Below are positions 36,427 through 45,279 of a DNA stretch of 64,000 bases, piece by piece. The position numbers and the translations under genes are program-made. Within the stretch, counting starts at the first letter, position 1. Every line of letters begins with the position of its first letter. Source of the stretch: Gemmatimonadaceae bacterium (GTDB taxonomy: Bacteria; Gemmatimonadota; Gemmatimonadetes; Gemmatimonadales; Gemmatimonadaceae); contig JACCRF010000148.1 of NCBI GenBank assembly GCA_013813715.1, forward strand, positions 6,562 to 70,561, read 5' to 3'. The notes below the pieces were generated by a model. That model was not told the origin of the DNA. It saw only the letters and a program-made list of their open reading frames with translations, and made no database searches.

Positions 36427-37299
36427 ATGTCTCAGCATGCCGAAACGAAGTTCGCAGGTTCGGGAGGCGTCGAGCTGTATGCGCAATCCTGGACCCCGGC
36501 CGGCGACACCCACGCTGTTGTACCGATCGTCCACGGCATCGGTGAGCATTCCGGGCGATACGCGAACCTCGTCGAATACCTGACTTCTCATGATTTCACG
36601 GTGTTCGGTTTCGACCATCGCGGGCATGGACGGTCGCCCGGGCGGCGTGGTCACGTGGCACGCTGGAGTGAGTATCGGGAGGACATCGCAGCGTTTCTGC
36701 GTCTTGCGCGCGAGTCCGCTCCCGGCGTTCCCCTCTTTCTCTTTGGTCACAGCCTCGGCGCACTCATCGTCGTTGAATTCACGCTCCACTACCCGGCCGG
36801 GCTGGCGGGGTTGGTCGCCAGCGGCATCCCGATGCAGCCGACGGGGGTCGCCAAACCACATCTTGTCGCCTTTGCGCGTGTGATGTCACGCGTTTGGCCT
36901 TCGCTATCGATATCGATGGGCCTCGACGCGGGAGCGCTGTCGCGGGACGAAGGAGTCGTTCAGGCGTATCGCGACGATCGTCTCGTGCATCCGCGTGCCA
37001 GCGTCCGGTGGGGTGCAGAGACACTCGCCGCGATAGAAAGGGTGCGCTCGCGCGCCGCCGAGATCCGCCTTCCGCTGCTTCTCCTCCATGGCGAGGCAGA
37101 CAGGATCAATTCGGTGGAGGGAAGCCGTGAGCTCCTGGCGAGGGTGTCGAGCGTGGACAAGACGCTTCAAGTCTACCCTGGCGGATCGCATGAGCCGCAC
37201 AACGATCTCTGCAGCCCTCAGGCGGTGAGCGACGTCGAGATGTGGCTCACCCGCCAGCTCGCGGGCAGAGCGCACCGTCTTATGGTGCCGCCGACGTGA
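36427..37299 (+). CDS. Alpha/beta hydrolase, lysophospholipase/monoacylglycerol lipase family
   Basis: VHGIGEHSGRY, DHRGHGRS, GHSLG nucleophile, LHGEAD, HEPHND. Confidence 0.92.
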   Translation: MSQHAETKFAGSGGVELYAQSWTPAGDTHAVVPIVHGIGEHSGRYANLVEYLTSHDFTVFGFDHRGHGRSPGRRGHVARWSEYREDIAAFLRLARESAPGVPLFLFGHSLGALIVVEFTLHYPAGLAGLVASGIPMQPTGVAKPHLVAFARVMSRVWPSLSISMGLDAGALSRDEGVVQAYRDDRLVHPRASVRWGAETLAAIERVRSRAAEIRLPLLLLHGEADRINSVEGSRELLARVSSVDKTLQVYPGGSHEPHNDLCSPQAVSDVEMWLTRQLAGRAHRLMVPPT

Positions 37300-37320
37300 A
37301 GCTGGCATCTTGAGCCCGAA

Positions 37321-39018
37321 ATGACTTCCCGCTTCTGGCTCGCGAGCTACGACGAGGGCGTTCCGGCGAGTCTCGCTCCGTACCCCGATCGAACTCTCCT
37401 CGATTATCTCGCGGACAGCGCGCGAGACCATCCGGGGCGGGCGGCCCTTCTGTTCAAGGGCGGCTCGGTCAGCTACCGCGAGCTCGCCCGGTTGAGCGAC
37501 GCGTTTGCGGGCGGACTCAAAGGCCTTGGCGTGAGGACCGGCGACAGGGTTGCGCTCATTCTTCCCAATTGCCCGCAGTTCATGATCGCGGAGCTCGGCG
37601 CATGGAAAATTGGCGCGATCGTCTGCCCTCTCAATCCGACGTACAGCCCGCGCGAGATGGAACAGGCGCTCGCAACAACCGGTGCGCGGGTCGCCGTCGT
37701 GCTGAGCCGGTACTACGAAAAGGTGAAGGAGCTCCAGCCGCGGACATCGCTCCAACGAATCGTATCCACGAACATCAAGGAACATCTCCCCTTTCATCTT
37801 CGAATCGCTTACACGTTTCTCAAGGAGAAGAAAGAGGGCGATCGCGTGAGCCTGCGGGAGGGGGATGTTTCGATGAGCCGGCTGCTGCTCCGGCACCGGC
37901 TCGCGAAGCCGGTTGGTGTCCGCGTATCTCCCGACGACCTGGCCGTAATCCTGATGAGCGGCGGAACGACCGGCACGCCGAAAGGGGTCACCGGACTACA
38001 TCGCGGAATGGTCATGGCCGGCCTTCAGCTTCGTGCGTGGCTCAGCTCCGCGATCAACGAGTGGGAAGTGATCCTGCTCCCGCTGCCGCTCTTTCACACC
38101 TATGGCAATAACGGCGTGCAGAGTCTCGCCCTGATCAACCACAACCCGATTGCGCTGATTCCAAATCCTCGCGAGCTGCGCGACGTGCTGCACGAGATCA
38201 ACGCAGTCAAGCCGGCCTTCGTGTGTGCGGTGCCGACGCTCCTCAACGGACTCATGAACCATTCGCTGGCGCGCGAGGGCAAGGTTGACTTCAGTCCGAT
38301 CAAGCTGTGCTTCTGCGGCGCCGCGCCTCTCATGGCAGAGACGCGCAAGCGGTTCGAGGAGCTCATTGGCGGCGTCGTCGTCGAGGGATACTCGCTCACC
38401 GAGGCCCAGATGGCCGTGATCGCCAACCCCGTGAGAGGGGAAAAGAAAATCGGCTCGGTGGGATTACCGCTGCCGGATGTCGGCGTCCGTATTCTCGATA
38501 CGGAGGATGGAAGAACGCCGGTTACGCGCGGCGAAGTCGGTGAGATTGTCCTGCACGCACCGCAGCTCATGGTGGGATATTGGGACAGGCCGGAAGAGAC
38601 CCGCGAGATGCTCCGCACGAATGAGCTGGGCGAGCGCCTGCTTTTCACCGGCGACCTTGGGTACCTCGACGAGCAGGGCTATCTCTTTATCGTCGACCGC
38701 AAGAAGGATCTGATAAAGACGAGCGGATACCAGGTGTGGCCGCGCGAGATCGAGGAAGTTATCGCTGCTCATCCCGCCGTCGCCGAGGTCGGCGTTGCTG
38801 GCCTGCCAGACCAGATGCGCGGCGAGAGCGTGAAGGCATGGGTCGTTCTTCGTCCCGGAATGAAGGTCGGCCGCGCCGACATGAAACTCTATTGCCGCGA
38901 GCACCTCGCACCCTACAAAGTGCCGTCGTCCTTTGAGTTCGTGGACGACCTCCCGAAATCAGCCGCCGGAAAAGTCCTCCGGCGCGTGCTTCGCCAGCAG
39001 GAGCTCGCCGAGACATGA
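37321..39018 (+). CDS. fadD: Long-chain fatty acid-CoA ligase
   Basis: MSGGTTGTPKG, EGYSLTE, GSVGLP, TGDLG, DRKKDLI, PKSAAGKVLRR. Confidence 0.88.
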   Translation: MTSRFWLASYDEGVPASLAPYPDRTLLDYLADSARDHPGRAALLFKGGSVSYRELARLSDAFAGGLKGLGVRTGDRVALILPNCPQFMIAELGAWKIGAIVCPLNPTYSPREMEQALATTGARVAVVLSRYYEKVKELQPRTSLQRIVSTNIKEHLPFHLRIAYTFLKEKKEGDRVSLREGDVSMSRLLLRHRLAKPVGVRVSPDDLAVILMSGGTTGTPKGVTGLHRGMVMAGLQLRAWLSSAINEWEVILLPLPLFHTYGNNGVQSLALINHNPIALIPNPRELRDVLHEINAVKPAFVCAVPTLLNGLMNHSLAREGKVDFSPIKLCFCGAAPLMAETRKRFEELIGGVVVEGYSLTEAQMAVIANPVRGEKKIGSVGLPLPDVGVRILDTEDGRTPVTRGEVGEIVLHAPQLMVGYWDRPEETREMLRTNELGERLLFTGDLGYLDEQGYLFIVDRKKDLIKTSGYQVWPREIEEVIAAHPAVAEVGVAGLPDQMRGESVKAWVVLRPGMKVGRADMKLYCREHLAPYKVPSSFEFVDDLPKSAAGKVLRRVLRQQELAET

Positions 39019-40055
39019 CATCAATCCTCGGTTTTACGCTGGAATCGCCCGCCTTTCCTGCTTGCTTCCCTTTCTTGTCTTTCTCTGTGCCCCGGTGCCT
39101 CTGTGGCGGCTTTTGTGTCGTGCTCGTCACGGTATCCGGATGTGCTTCGACGCAGCGCCAAACAAGCGAGTCTCCTCTCGCGCCGGGAACGCAGGCAATC
39201 TCATTCCTCGGCGACACTCTGCGTACCTTCCCGCTGGCGGCGGAAACGCGAGTTCGCTATGAGGCCCAGCTCGCGCTTGCTCGCGCGTCATACGACCGTG
39301 CCCCAGCAAACGCCGACTCCATCATCTGGCTCGGCCGGCGTCTGGCCTACCTCGGCCGCATTCGCGAGGCGATCGACGTTTACACCCGCGGCATCGCCAT
39401 TCACCCGGACAACCCGTGGCTCTACCGCCATCGCGGACACCGGTATATCACCGTGCGCGAACTGCCTCGAGCGGTCGCCGATTTCGAGCGTGCGGCACTT
39501 CTCGCTCGTGGCATGCCTGACGAGATAGAACCCGACGGCCAGCCGAATGCTCGTAACATCCCGATAGGCACCCTTCACTCGAACATCGATTACCATCTGG
39601 CCCTCGCCTGGTACCTCGCCGGAGACTACGCGAAGGCCCTGCCCGTGTATCGGCGCGAGCTCGCCCGCGCGGGCAACGACGACCGCCGCGTGTCGATCGC
39701 GCACTGGCATTACATGGCACTGCGTCGACTCGGCCGCACCGATGAGGCGGCCCAGGTGCTCACGCCGATCAACCGGCAGATGAACGTGATAGAAAACGAT
39801 ACGTACCTGCGGCTGCTTCTCATGTACAAGGCGGACCTTCCCCCCGATTCACTCCTCGCCGCAAGCAGTGCCAGCGAGATGTCCGTCACCGATGCTACTG
39901 CGGCATACGGTGTCGGGAACTGGCACCTTTACAATGGTCGTCCCGCGGAGGCCGAGCGGATTTTCAGACGGATCGTGGCCGGTGGCCAGTGGGGCGCCTT
40001 CGGATACATCGCGGCGGAGGCCGAGCTCGCGCGCATGCGTTCGAAGCCGCGATGA
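39015..40055 (+). CDS. TPR-repeat lipoprotein
   Basis: Lipobox VSGC; TPRs (IWLGRRLAYLG, LYRHRGHRY, YHLALAWYL). Start is ATG 39015 (ATGA overlap) or GTG 39087. Confidence 0.82.
   Translation: MTSILGFTLESPAFPACFPFLSFSVPRCLCGGFCVVLVTVSGCASTQRQTSESPLAPGTQAISFLGDTLRTFPLAAETRVRYEAQLALARASYDRAPANADSIIWLGRRLAYLGRIREAIDVYTRGIAIHPDNPWLYRHRGHRYITVRELPRAVADFERAALLARGMPDEIEPDGQPNARNIPIGTLHSNIDYHLALAWYLAGDYAKALPVYRRELARAGNDDRRVSIAHWHYMALRRLGRTDEAAQVLTPINRQMNVIENDTYLRLLLMYKADLPPDSLLAASSASEMSVTDATAAYGVGNWHLYNGRPAEAERIFRRIVAGGQWGAFGYIAAEAELARMRSKPR
39083..39106. repeat. Half of a CTCTGTG-type palindromic repeat inside the 5' end of the TPR gene
   Basis: CTCTGTGCCCCGGTGCCTCTGTGG after a pyrimidine-rich tract; resembles the right arms at 36361-36397 and 52497-52531. 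Confidence 0.5.
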
Positions 40056-40681
40056 AGCGCACCGCGAAAACGGGAAACCCTTCGCCCGCCAAGCCCGTGT
40101 TCTTTCCGACCCCGAAAAAGTTTCGCGCGTGGCTCGCCCGCCATCACGCGTCGGCCACCGAGCAGTTGGTCGGTTTTCACAAGAAAGGCTCGGGTCTGCC
40201 GAGCATCACTTGGCCGGAATCAGTCGACGAGGCGCTCTGCTACGGTTGGATTGACGGCATCCGCAAGTCGCTCGGCGAAACGAGCTATGTGATTCGCTTC
40301 ACGCCGCGCAGGAAGGGCAGTATCTGGAGCGCGGTGAATGTCGGCCGCGTGGCAGCGCTTTCCGCCGAAGGACGCATGCGCACCGCCGGCATTCGCGCGT
40401 TCAAGCAGCGCACGGACAGCAGGACCGGCGTATACGCGTTCGAGCAGCGGGGCGAAGCTACGCTGGGCCCTGCATTCGAGCGCATCTTCAAGGCCGACAA
40501 GAAGGCGTGGGAATTCTTTCAATCGCTGCCGTCCGGGTATCGCCGAACGGCGAGCTGGTGGGTGATCAGCGCAAAGAAGGAAGAGACACGCGCGAAGCGA
40601 CTGGCCAAGCTCATCGATGATTCGGCGAACGGGCGATCCATCAGCCAGCTCCTGCGGCCCGCGGGCGCGAAATCGCGATGA
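40052..40681 (+). CDS. YdeI/OmpD-associated family protein
   Basis: FRAWLARHH, ITWPESVDEALCYGWIDG, FTPRRKGSIWSAVN, SAKKEETRAKRL. Confidence 0.9.
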   Translation: MKRTAKTGNPSPAKPVFFPTPKKFRAWLARHHASATEQLVGFHKKGSGLPSITWPESVDEALCYGWIDGIRKSLGETSYVIRFTPRRKGSIWSAVNVGRVAALSAEGRMRTAGIRAFKQRTDSRTGVYAFEQRGEATLGPAFERIFKADKKAWEFFQSLPSGYRRTASWWVISAKKEETRAKRLAKLIDDSANGRSISQLLRPAGAKSR

Positions 40682-41739
40682 CCTCGCTCGAGTCCTCCCG
40701 CAGGCATCTGGCATCCGACAACTGGTCGGGCGTCCACCCTGAGGTGATCGCTGCACTCGCGGCTGTCAACACCGGCCACCTTCCCTCATACGGTCACGAT
40801 GACTACACGGAATCGATCCTCGACCGGCTGAAGTCCGTGTTCGGGAAGGACACAGAGATTTTTTTCGTGTTCACCGGCACCGGCGCGAACGTACTGGGGC
40901 TCCAGTCGCTGACCCGTCCGTACAACTCCGTCATTTGCTCCGAGACGGCGCACATCCACACCTCCGAGTGCGGAGCCGTCGAGAAGCACTCGGGATGCAA
41001 GCTACTAACTGTCGCGAGCTCCGATGGAAAAATCGATCGCGATGGCATCGCCGCTCATCTTCACGATTTCGGCAACGACCACAGCGTGCAGCCGAGCGTG
41101 GTTTCCATCTCGCAGGCAACCGAGTACGGAACGGTCTACACGCGCGATGAAGTCCAGGCGATCGCGGCCTTCGCGCACGATCACGGGCTCAAGCTGCACA
41201 TGGACGGAGCCCGTCTCGCCAATGCGGCCGCACACCTCGGGTTGTCGCTCCGCGATGTCTCGGGTGATGCGGGAGTGGACGTGCTCTCGTTCGGCGGCAC
41301 CAAGAACGGGCTAATCGCCGCCGAAGCGGTGGTGTTCTTCGATTCCGAGCTCGGCAGGGATTTCAAGTACCGGCGGATGCAGGGCATGCAGCTCGCGTCA
41401 AAAATGCGGTTCATCGCCGCGCAGTTCGACGCGCTCTTCACCAACGATCTCTGGCTCCGCAGCGCCACCCACGCCAACCGTCTGGCAACGCTGCTGGGGG
41501 AGCGGCTCTCGGCAGTTCCCGGATTTCGCGTGACGCAGAAAATCCAGGCGAACGAGGTGTTTGCCTTTGTGCCGAGGGAGCATATCGCTAGCCTTCAGGA
41601 TGATTGCTTCTTTCATGTGTGGGACGAAGCGGCATCGGAGGCACGCTTCGTAACGTCCTTCGACACGACAGAGAACGACGTCAATTCCTTCGCCGCAGCC
41701 GCAGGAAGGATCGCGGCGGGCATGAATCAGAATGGTTAA
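40678..41739 (+). CDS. ltaE: Low-specificity L-threonine aldolase (PLP)
   Basis: ASDNWSG, TGTGAN, HIHTSECG, SQATEYGTVY, HMDGARLANA, SFGGTKNG. Confidence 0.9.
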   Translation: MTSLESSRRHLASDNWSGVHPEVIAALAAVNTGHLPSYGHDDYTESILDRLKSVFGKDTEIFFVFTGTGANVLGLQSLTRPYNSVICSETAHIHTSECGAVEKHSGCKLLTVASSDGKIDRDGIAAHLHDFGNDHSVQPSVVSISQATEYGTVYTRDEVQAIAAFAHDHGLKLHMDGARLANAAAHLGLSLRDVSGDAGVDVLSFGGTKNGLIAAEAVVFFDSELGRDFKYRRMQGMQLASKMRFIAAQFDALFTNDLWLRSATHANRLATLLGERLSAVPGFRVTQKIQANEVFAFVPREHIASLQDDCFFHVWDEAASEARFVTSFDTTENDVNSFAAAAGRIAAGMNQNG

Positions 41740-41753
41740 ACCTCGGAGCGGGA

Positions 41754-42461
41754 ATGGATCTGAAGAACGCAAAGGCGCTCGTCACCGGCGGCAGTTCCGG
41801 GATCGGGTATGCCACGGCTCAACTGCTTCGCGATCGCGGTGCTGCGGTCGCGATCTGCGGGCGGAAGTCGGACGCGGTCGAGCAGGCCGCATCGGAGCTG
41901 GGGGCGGTCGGCATCGTCGCCGACGTATCGCGCGAGGATGACGTCACGCGGATGGTCGCCCGTGTGATCGCCGAGCTCGGCGACTACAATGTTCTCGTCA
42001 ACAATGCCGGCTTCGGCCACTGGGCGCCACTAGTGGACACCGAGGCAGACGACTTCCGCCGCGTGTGGGAGACCAACGTGTTCGGCGCGATGCTCGTGGC
42101 GCGCGAATCAGCGCGGCACTTCGTGTCGCGCAACACGGGAAACATCGTCAACATCGCGTCAACCGCCGGGCTCAAGGGCTCTGCTGGCGGGACTTCCTAC
42201 GTGTCCACGAAGTTCGCGCTCGCGGGAATGACACAATGCTGGCGGGCCGAGCTGCGCAAGAACAATATCCGCGTGATTCAAGTCAATCCCAGCGAGGTTC
42301 AGACCAACTTCTTCGTGACCTCAGGCCGTATCGCCCGCGCAACCGATCCCTCGAAGCTCCAGTCCGACGACATCGCGCAGACGATCTGTGGAATGCTGGA
42401 GATACCGGATCGCGGTTTCGTGACCGAGGCCACGGTATGGGCGACTAATCCCAAGGACTAA
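41754..42461 (+). CDS. SDR-family oxidoreductase (3-ketoacyl-ACP reductase-like)
   Basis: TGGSSGIG, NNAG, NIASTAG, YVSTK (YxxxK). Confidence 0.92.
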   Translation: MDLKNAKALVTGGSSGIGYATAQLLRDRGAAVAICGRKSDAVEQAASELGAVGIVADVSREDDVTRMVARVIAELGDYNVLVNNAGFGHWAPLVDTEADDFRRVWETNVFGAMLVARESARHFVSRNTGNIVNIASTAGLKGSAGGTSYVSTKFALAGMTQCWRAELRKNNIRVIQVNPSEVQTNFFVTSGRIARATDPSKLQSDDIAQTICGMLEIPDRGFVTEATVWATNPKD

Positions 42462-42466
42462 AAAAC

Positions 42467-42684
42467 GAACTACCGAACTTAGAACCACCAGGCTGCCGGC
42501 GGCCGGCTCGAAGAGGCGCTGCCTGCGGCCGGCTCAACCAGAACTGCTGGAAAGCGATCAAGCGCATTAGCAGATCATGGATCTAAAGTTGAGACTCGCT
42601 GCCCGGTCCAACATCCGTCGTTCTGGTCGAGCCCGTAGCGGGTAGCGCCGTTTGTGGCCGGCAGCTGGCAGCAAGGTAGTTCTA
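42467..42684. repeat. Degenerate palindromic intergenic element (GAACTACC...GCTGCCGGC arms)
   Basis: Left arm 42467-42474 and 42492-42500; inverted copies at 42675-42682 and 42657-42665; tandem units of about 8 nt on the left. Confidence 0.45.
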
Positions 42685-43326
42685 CGTTCCGTTGTTCCCC
42701 CCGAGTCCGAACCGCTCCCGCGCCGCATGCACGATCAGAGCGGCAGCGCCCTGAGTGCCGAGCCATTCGGTGTTCACCGAAAGGTGATAGTTCTCGTGGG
42801 CGCGCCATGCGCGGTTCCAGTATTTGCGCACCCATTGTTCACGCTGCTCGTTCGTCTCGTCCACCAGCTTCGCCGCCGCCTCCTGGTCGATCCGGTCTCG
42901 GACCATCGACCGCGCGATGAGCGCCGAGCGCGAAGCGTAGCAGAACACGTGCAGCGCATCGGTTCGCGCGGCCAGCATGGACTGCGCGCCTCGCCCGACG
43001 AGAACCAGTGGGCCGCGCGCGATTGCCTCCTCGACGATGTGGCGCGTGACTTCCACCAGTTGATCGTCGGTGGGCGGACGCAAACCGGCGGCGATCGGCG
43101 TCAGCCATTCCTGCGAGCCGAGCGCCATCGCATCAACCAGGCGCTCCACCAGAGATGGCACGCGCTCTTCGCGCGCGGCGATCTGCGACGGTGTGACGCC
43201 GAGGCGTACCGCGACAGCATCCACTACCGCATTGTCGAGTAATGACCAACCGAGCGCGTGGGCAACCAGCGCGGCGACCTCCGATCCGCCGGAGCCGTAG
43301 AGCCGGGAGACCGTGACTATCGACAC
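42682..43326 (-). CDS. Cytidylate kinase-like family protein
   Basis: IVTVSRLYGSGGSEVA, VLVGRGAQ, LHVFCYA, ENYHLSVNT. Confidence 0.88.
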   Translation of the reverse strand: MSIVTVSRLYGSGGSEVAALVAHALGWSLLDNAVVDAVAVRLGVTPSQIAAREERVPSLVERLVDAMALGSQEWLTPIAAGLRPPTDDQLVEVTRHIVEEAIARGPLVLVGRGAQSMLAARTDALHVFCYASRSALIARSMVRDRIDQEAAAKLVDETNEQREQWVRKYWNRAWRAHENYHLSVNTEWLGTQGAAALIVHAARERFGLGGNNGT

Positions 43327-44787
43327 TCAGTCCTGGAATGGGCGCCGGCGCTTCTCCTCGATCGAACGGCTGTAGAGACCGGTATCGGTGCGTGAGATCT
43401 TCCGGCGGGCGACGAGCGATTCGAGGATCAGCTCGCACGCCCCGGCAACCACAGGCGCGTCGCTCATTCTCGCGAGGCCGGTGAACTCCACGAGCGAGAT
43501 GAGGCTCGGCACCGTGCTGAACCCTTCGACGACGGCGTCCGCCGCGACGTCGTCGCTGACCTGGAGGGCGCCGCCAGCGTCAAACCACATTATCACTTCG
43601 TCCGCGTTGATGCCGCCCGCTCGCTCCTGAAACGTCGAATCTGCGGCACGCCTGATCAGCTCGCGGGCGATGTTGTGCCCGCCGACGAGCTCGCCTTCGT
43701 ACTCGAGCTCGATCTTTCCTGTGATTGCCGGAAGCGCAGCGTAGATGTCGCCGATGCGCGGCACGATCTCGCGCTCGCCGGTAAGAATTGATCGCCGCTC
43801 CGCGTTCGACACGATGTTCTCCATTACCGTGATCGGCATTCGCTGGGAGACGCCCGACCGCCGGTCGATGCGCTTGTCGGTGCGCGCCTCGAACGCGATT
43901 CGCTCCACCACCTCGGCGATAAAGTCGGGCACGCGAATCTCCCGCGCATCGCGATCCGTCCACGCCTCCTGCCCGGTGATCGCCATGCCGATCTCGACGG
44001 TTTCGGGGTAGTGGGTCATGATCTCGCTGCCGATGCGGTCCTTGAGTGGAGTGATGATCTTGCCCCGCGCCGTGTAGTCCTCAGGGTTGGCGGTGAAGCA
44101 GAGGAGGACGTCGAGTGGCAGGCGCACGGGGTAGCCTTTGATCTGGACGTCTCCCTCCTGCATGATGTTGAACAGGCTGACCTGCACCTTGCCGGCGAGA
44201 TCTGGCAGCTCGTTCAGCGCGAAGATGCCGCGGTTGGCTCGCGGCAGCATTCCGTAGTGAATCGTCAGTTCGTCGGACAGCACGTGTCCGCCGCGCGCGG
44301 CGCGGATGGGATCTACATCGCCGATGATATCGGCCACTGTGACGTCGGGAGTCGCGAGCTTCTCCACGAACCTGCTGTCGCGATCCAGCCAGTCGATCCG
44401 CGTAGCGTCTCCGCATTCCTCGAGCATTCCACGCGCGAACTTGGAAATCGGCGCGAAGGGATTGTCGTTGACTTCGCTGCCGGCGACGATAGGGATCGCG
44501 TCGTCGAGAAGCGTCGTCAGCGCTCTGAGAATCCGCGACTTGGCCTGCCCGCGAAGTCCCAGGAGAATGAGATTGTGGCGCGAGAGCAGCGCGTTCACGA
44601 TTTGCGGCATGACGGTGTCCTCGTATCCCACAACTCCTTCGAAGAGGAGGAACTGGTCATCGTCGCGATCGAGGCGTTTTAGCAGGTTTGCCCGGACCTC
44701 GTCTTTTACAGATCGAAGTGCGCGACCTGGTTCGGCCCACGGTGATCTCTTCAGACCACCAAATGTTTCGGGGTAATGCGAAGACAA
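43327..44787 (-). CDS. Mg-chelatase-like AAA+ ATPase
   Basis: Walker A variant GLRGQAKS, FALNELPDL, ANPEDYTARG, LKDRIGS; TTG start after GGAGAG. Confidence 0.85.
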   Translation of the reverse strand: MSSHYPETFGGLKRSPWAEPGRALRSVKDEVRANLLKRLDRDDDQFLLFEGVVGYEDTVMPQIVNALLSRHNLILLGLRGQAKSRILRALTTLLDDAIPIVAGSEVNDNPFAPISKFARGMLEECGDATRIDWLDRDSRFVEKLATPDVTVADIIGDVDPIRAARGGHVLSDELTIHYGMLPRANRGIFALNELPDLAGKVQVSLFNIMQEGDVQIKGYPVRLPLDVLLCFTANPEDYTARGKIITPLKDRIGSEIMTHYPETVEIGMAITGQEAWTDRDAREIRVPDFIAEVVERIAFEARTDKRIDRRSGVSQRMPITVMENIVSNAERRSILTGEREIVPRIGDIYAALPAITGKIELEYEGELVGGHNIARELIRRAADSTFQERAGGINADEVIMWFDAGGALQVSDDVAADAVVEGFSTVPSLISLVEFTGLARMSDAPVVAGACELILESLVARRKISRTDTGLYSRSIEEKRRRPFQD

Positions 44788-44928
44788 GGACGCTCTCCGT
44801 GCCGATGGATAGAGGGGAGGGGTTAATCTAGCGGCGGGAAAGAGCCGCTACTAGCAATCGTCCAAGCAGGTTAGCTTTATTGGTTACCGTACCTTATTCT
44901 CGGACGTCTTGATCAGCAGCCTCAGGTC

Positions 44929-44956
44929 TTGACAGCTTTTTGGGATGGGGTAACTT
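44929..44956 (+). promoter_or_regulatory. Putative sigma70 promoter TTGACA-N16-TAACTT
   Basis: Consensus -35 with a TAnnnT -10, about 85 nt upstream of the small lipoprotein. Confidence 0.5.
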
Positions 44957-45041
44957 TTTTCCGCGCCAACAACGAGCATCGCGATCGCGTGCACCGACCG
45001 GCGTTTAACCACGTTGGCCCCCCTCTAAGGAGATCTGGATA

Positions 45042-45227
45042 ATGAAGCGCATTGCTCTCGTCGCCGCTGTTGTCGCACTTGCCGCATGCTCGCCCAAGGA
45101 TGAGCCCGCTGTCGTCGATACTGGTGCCGCGATGGCCCCGGCTCCGGCAATGATGGACACCGGCATGAGGATGGACACGACGATGATGAAGGACTCGGCC
45201 ATGATGATGGACACGACGAAGAGATAG
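45042..45227 (+). CDS. Small Met-rich lipoprotein (61 aa)
   Basis: Strong SD TAAGGAG, signal MKRIALVAAVVALAAC, MDT/MKD-type repeats; has its own promoter and terminator. Confidence 0.85.
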   Translation: MKRIALVAAVVALAACSPKDEPAVVDTGAAMAPAPAMMDTGMRMDTTMMKDSAMMMDTTKR

Positions 45228-45251
45228 TTCTCTCCGTTCTGCCGAAATCCG

Positions 45252-45279
45252 AAGGGCGCGACTATCCAGTCGCGCCTTT
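45252..45279. terminator. Bidirectional intrinsic terminator hairpin
   Basis: AAGGGCGCGAC-TATCCA-GTCGCGCCTTT between convergent genes; the opposite gene's stop lies in the loop. Confidence 0.7.
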
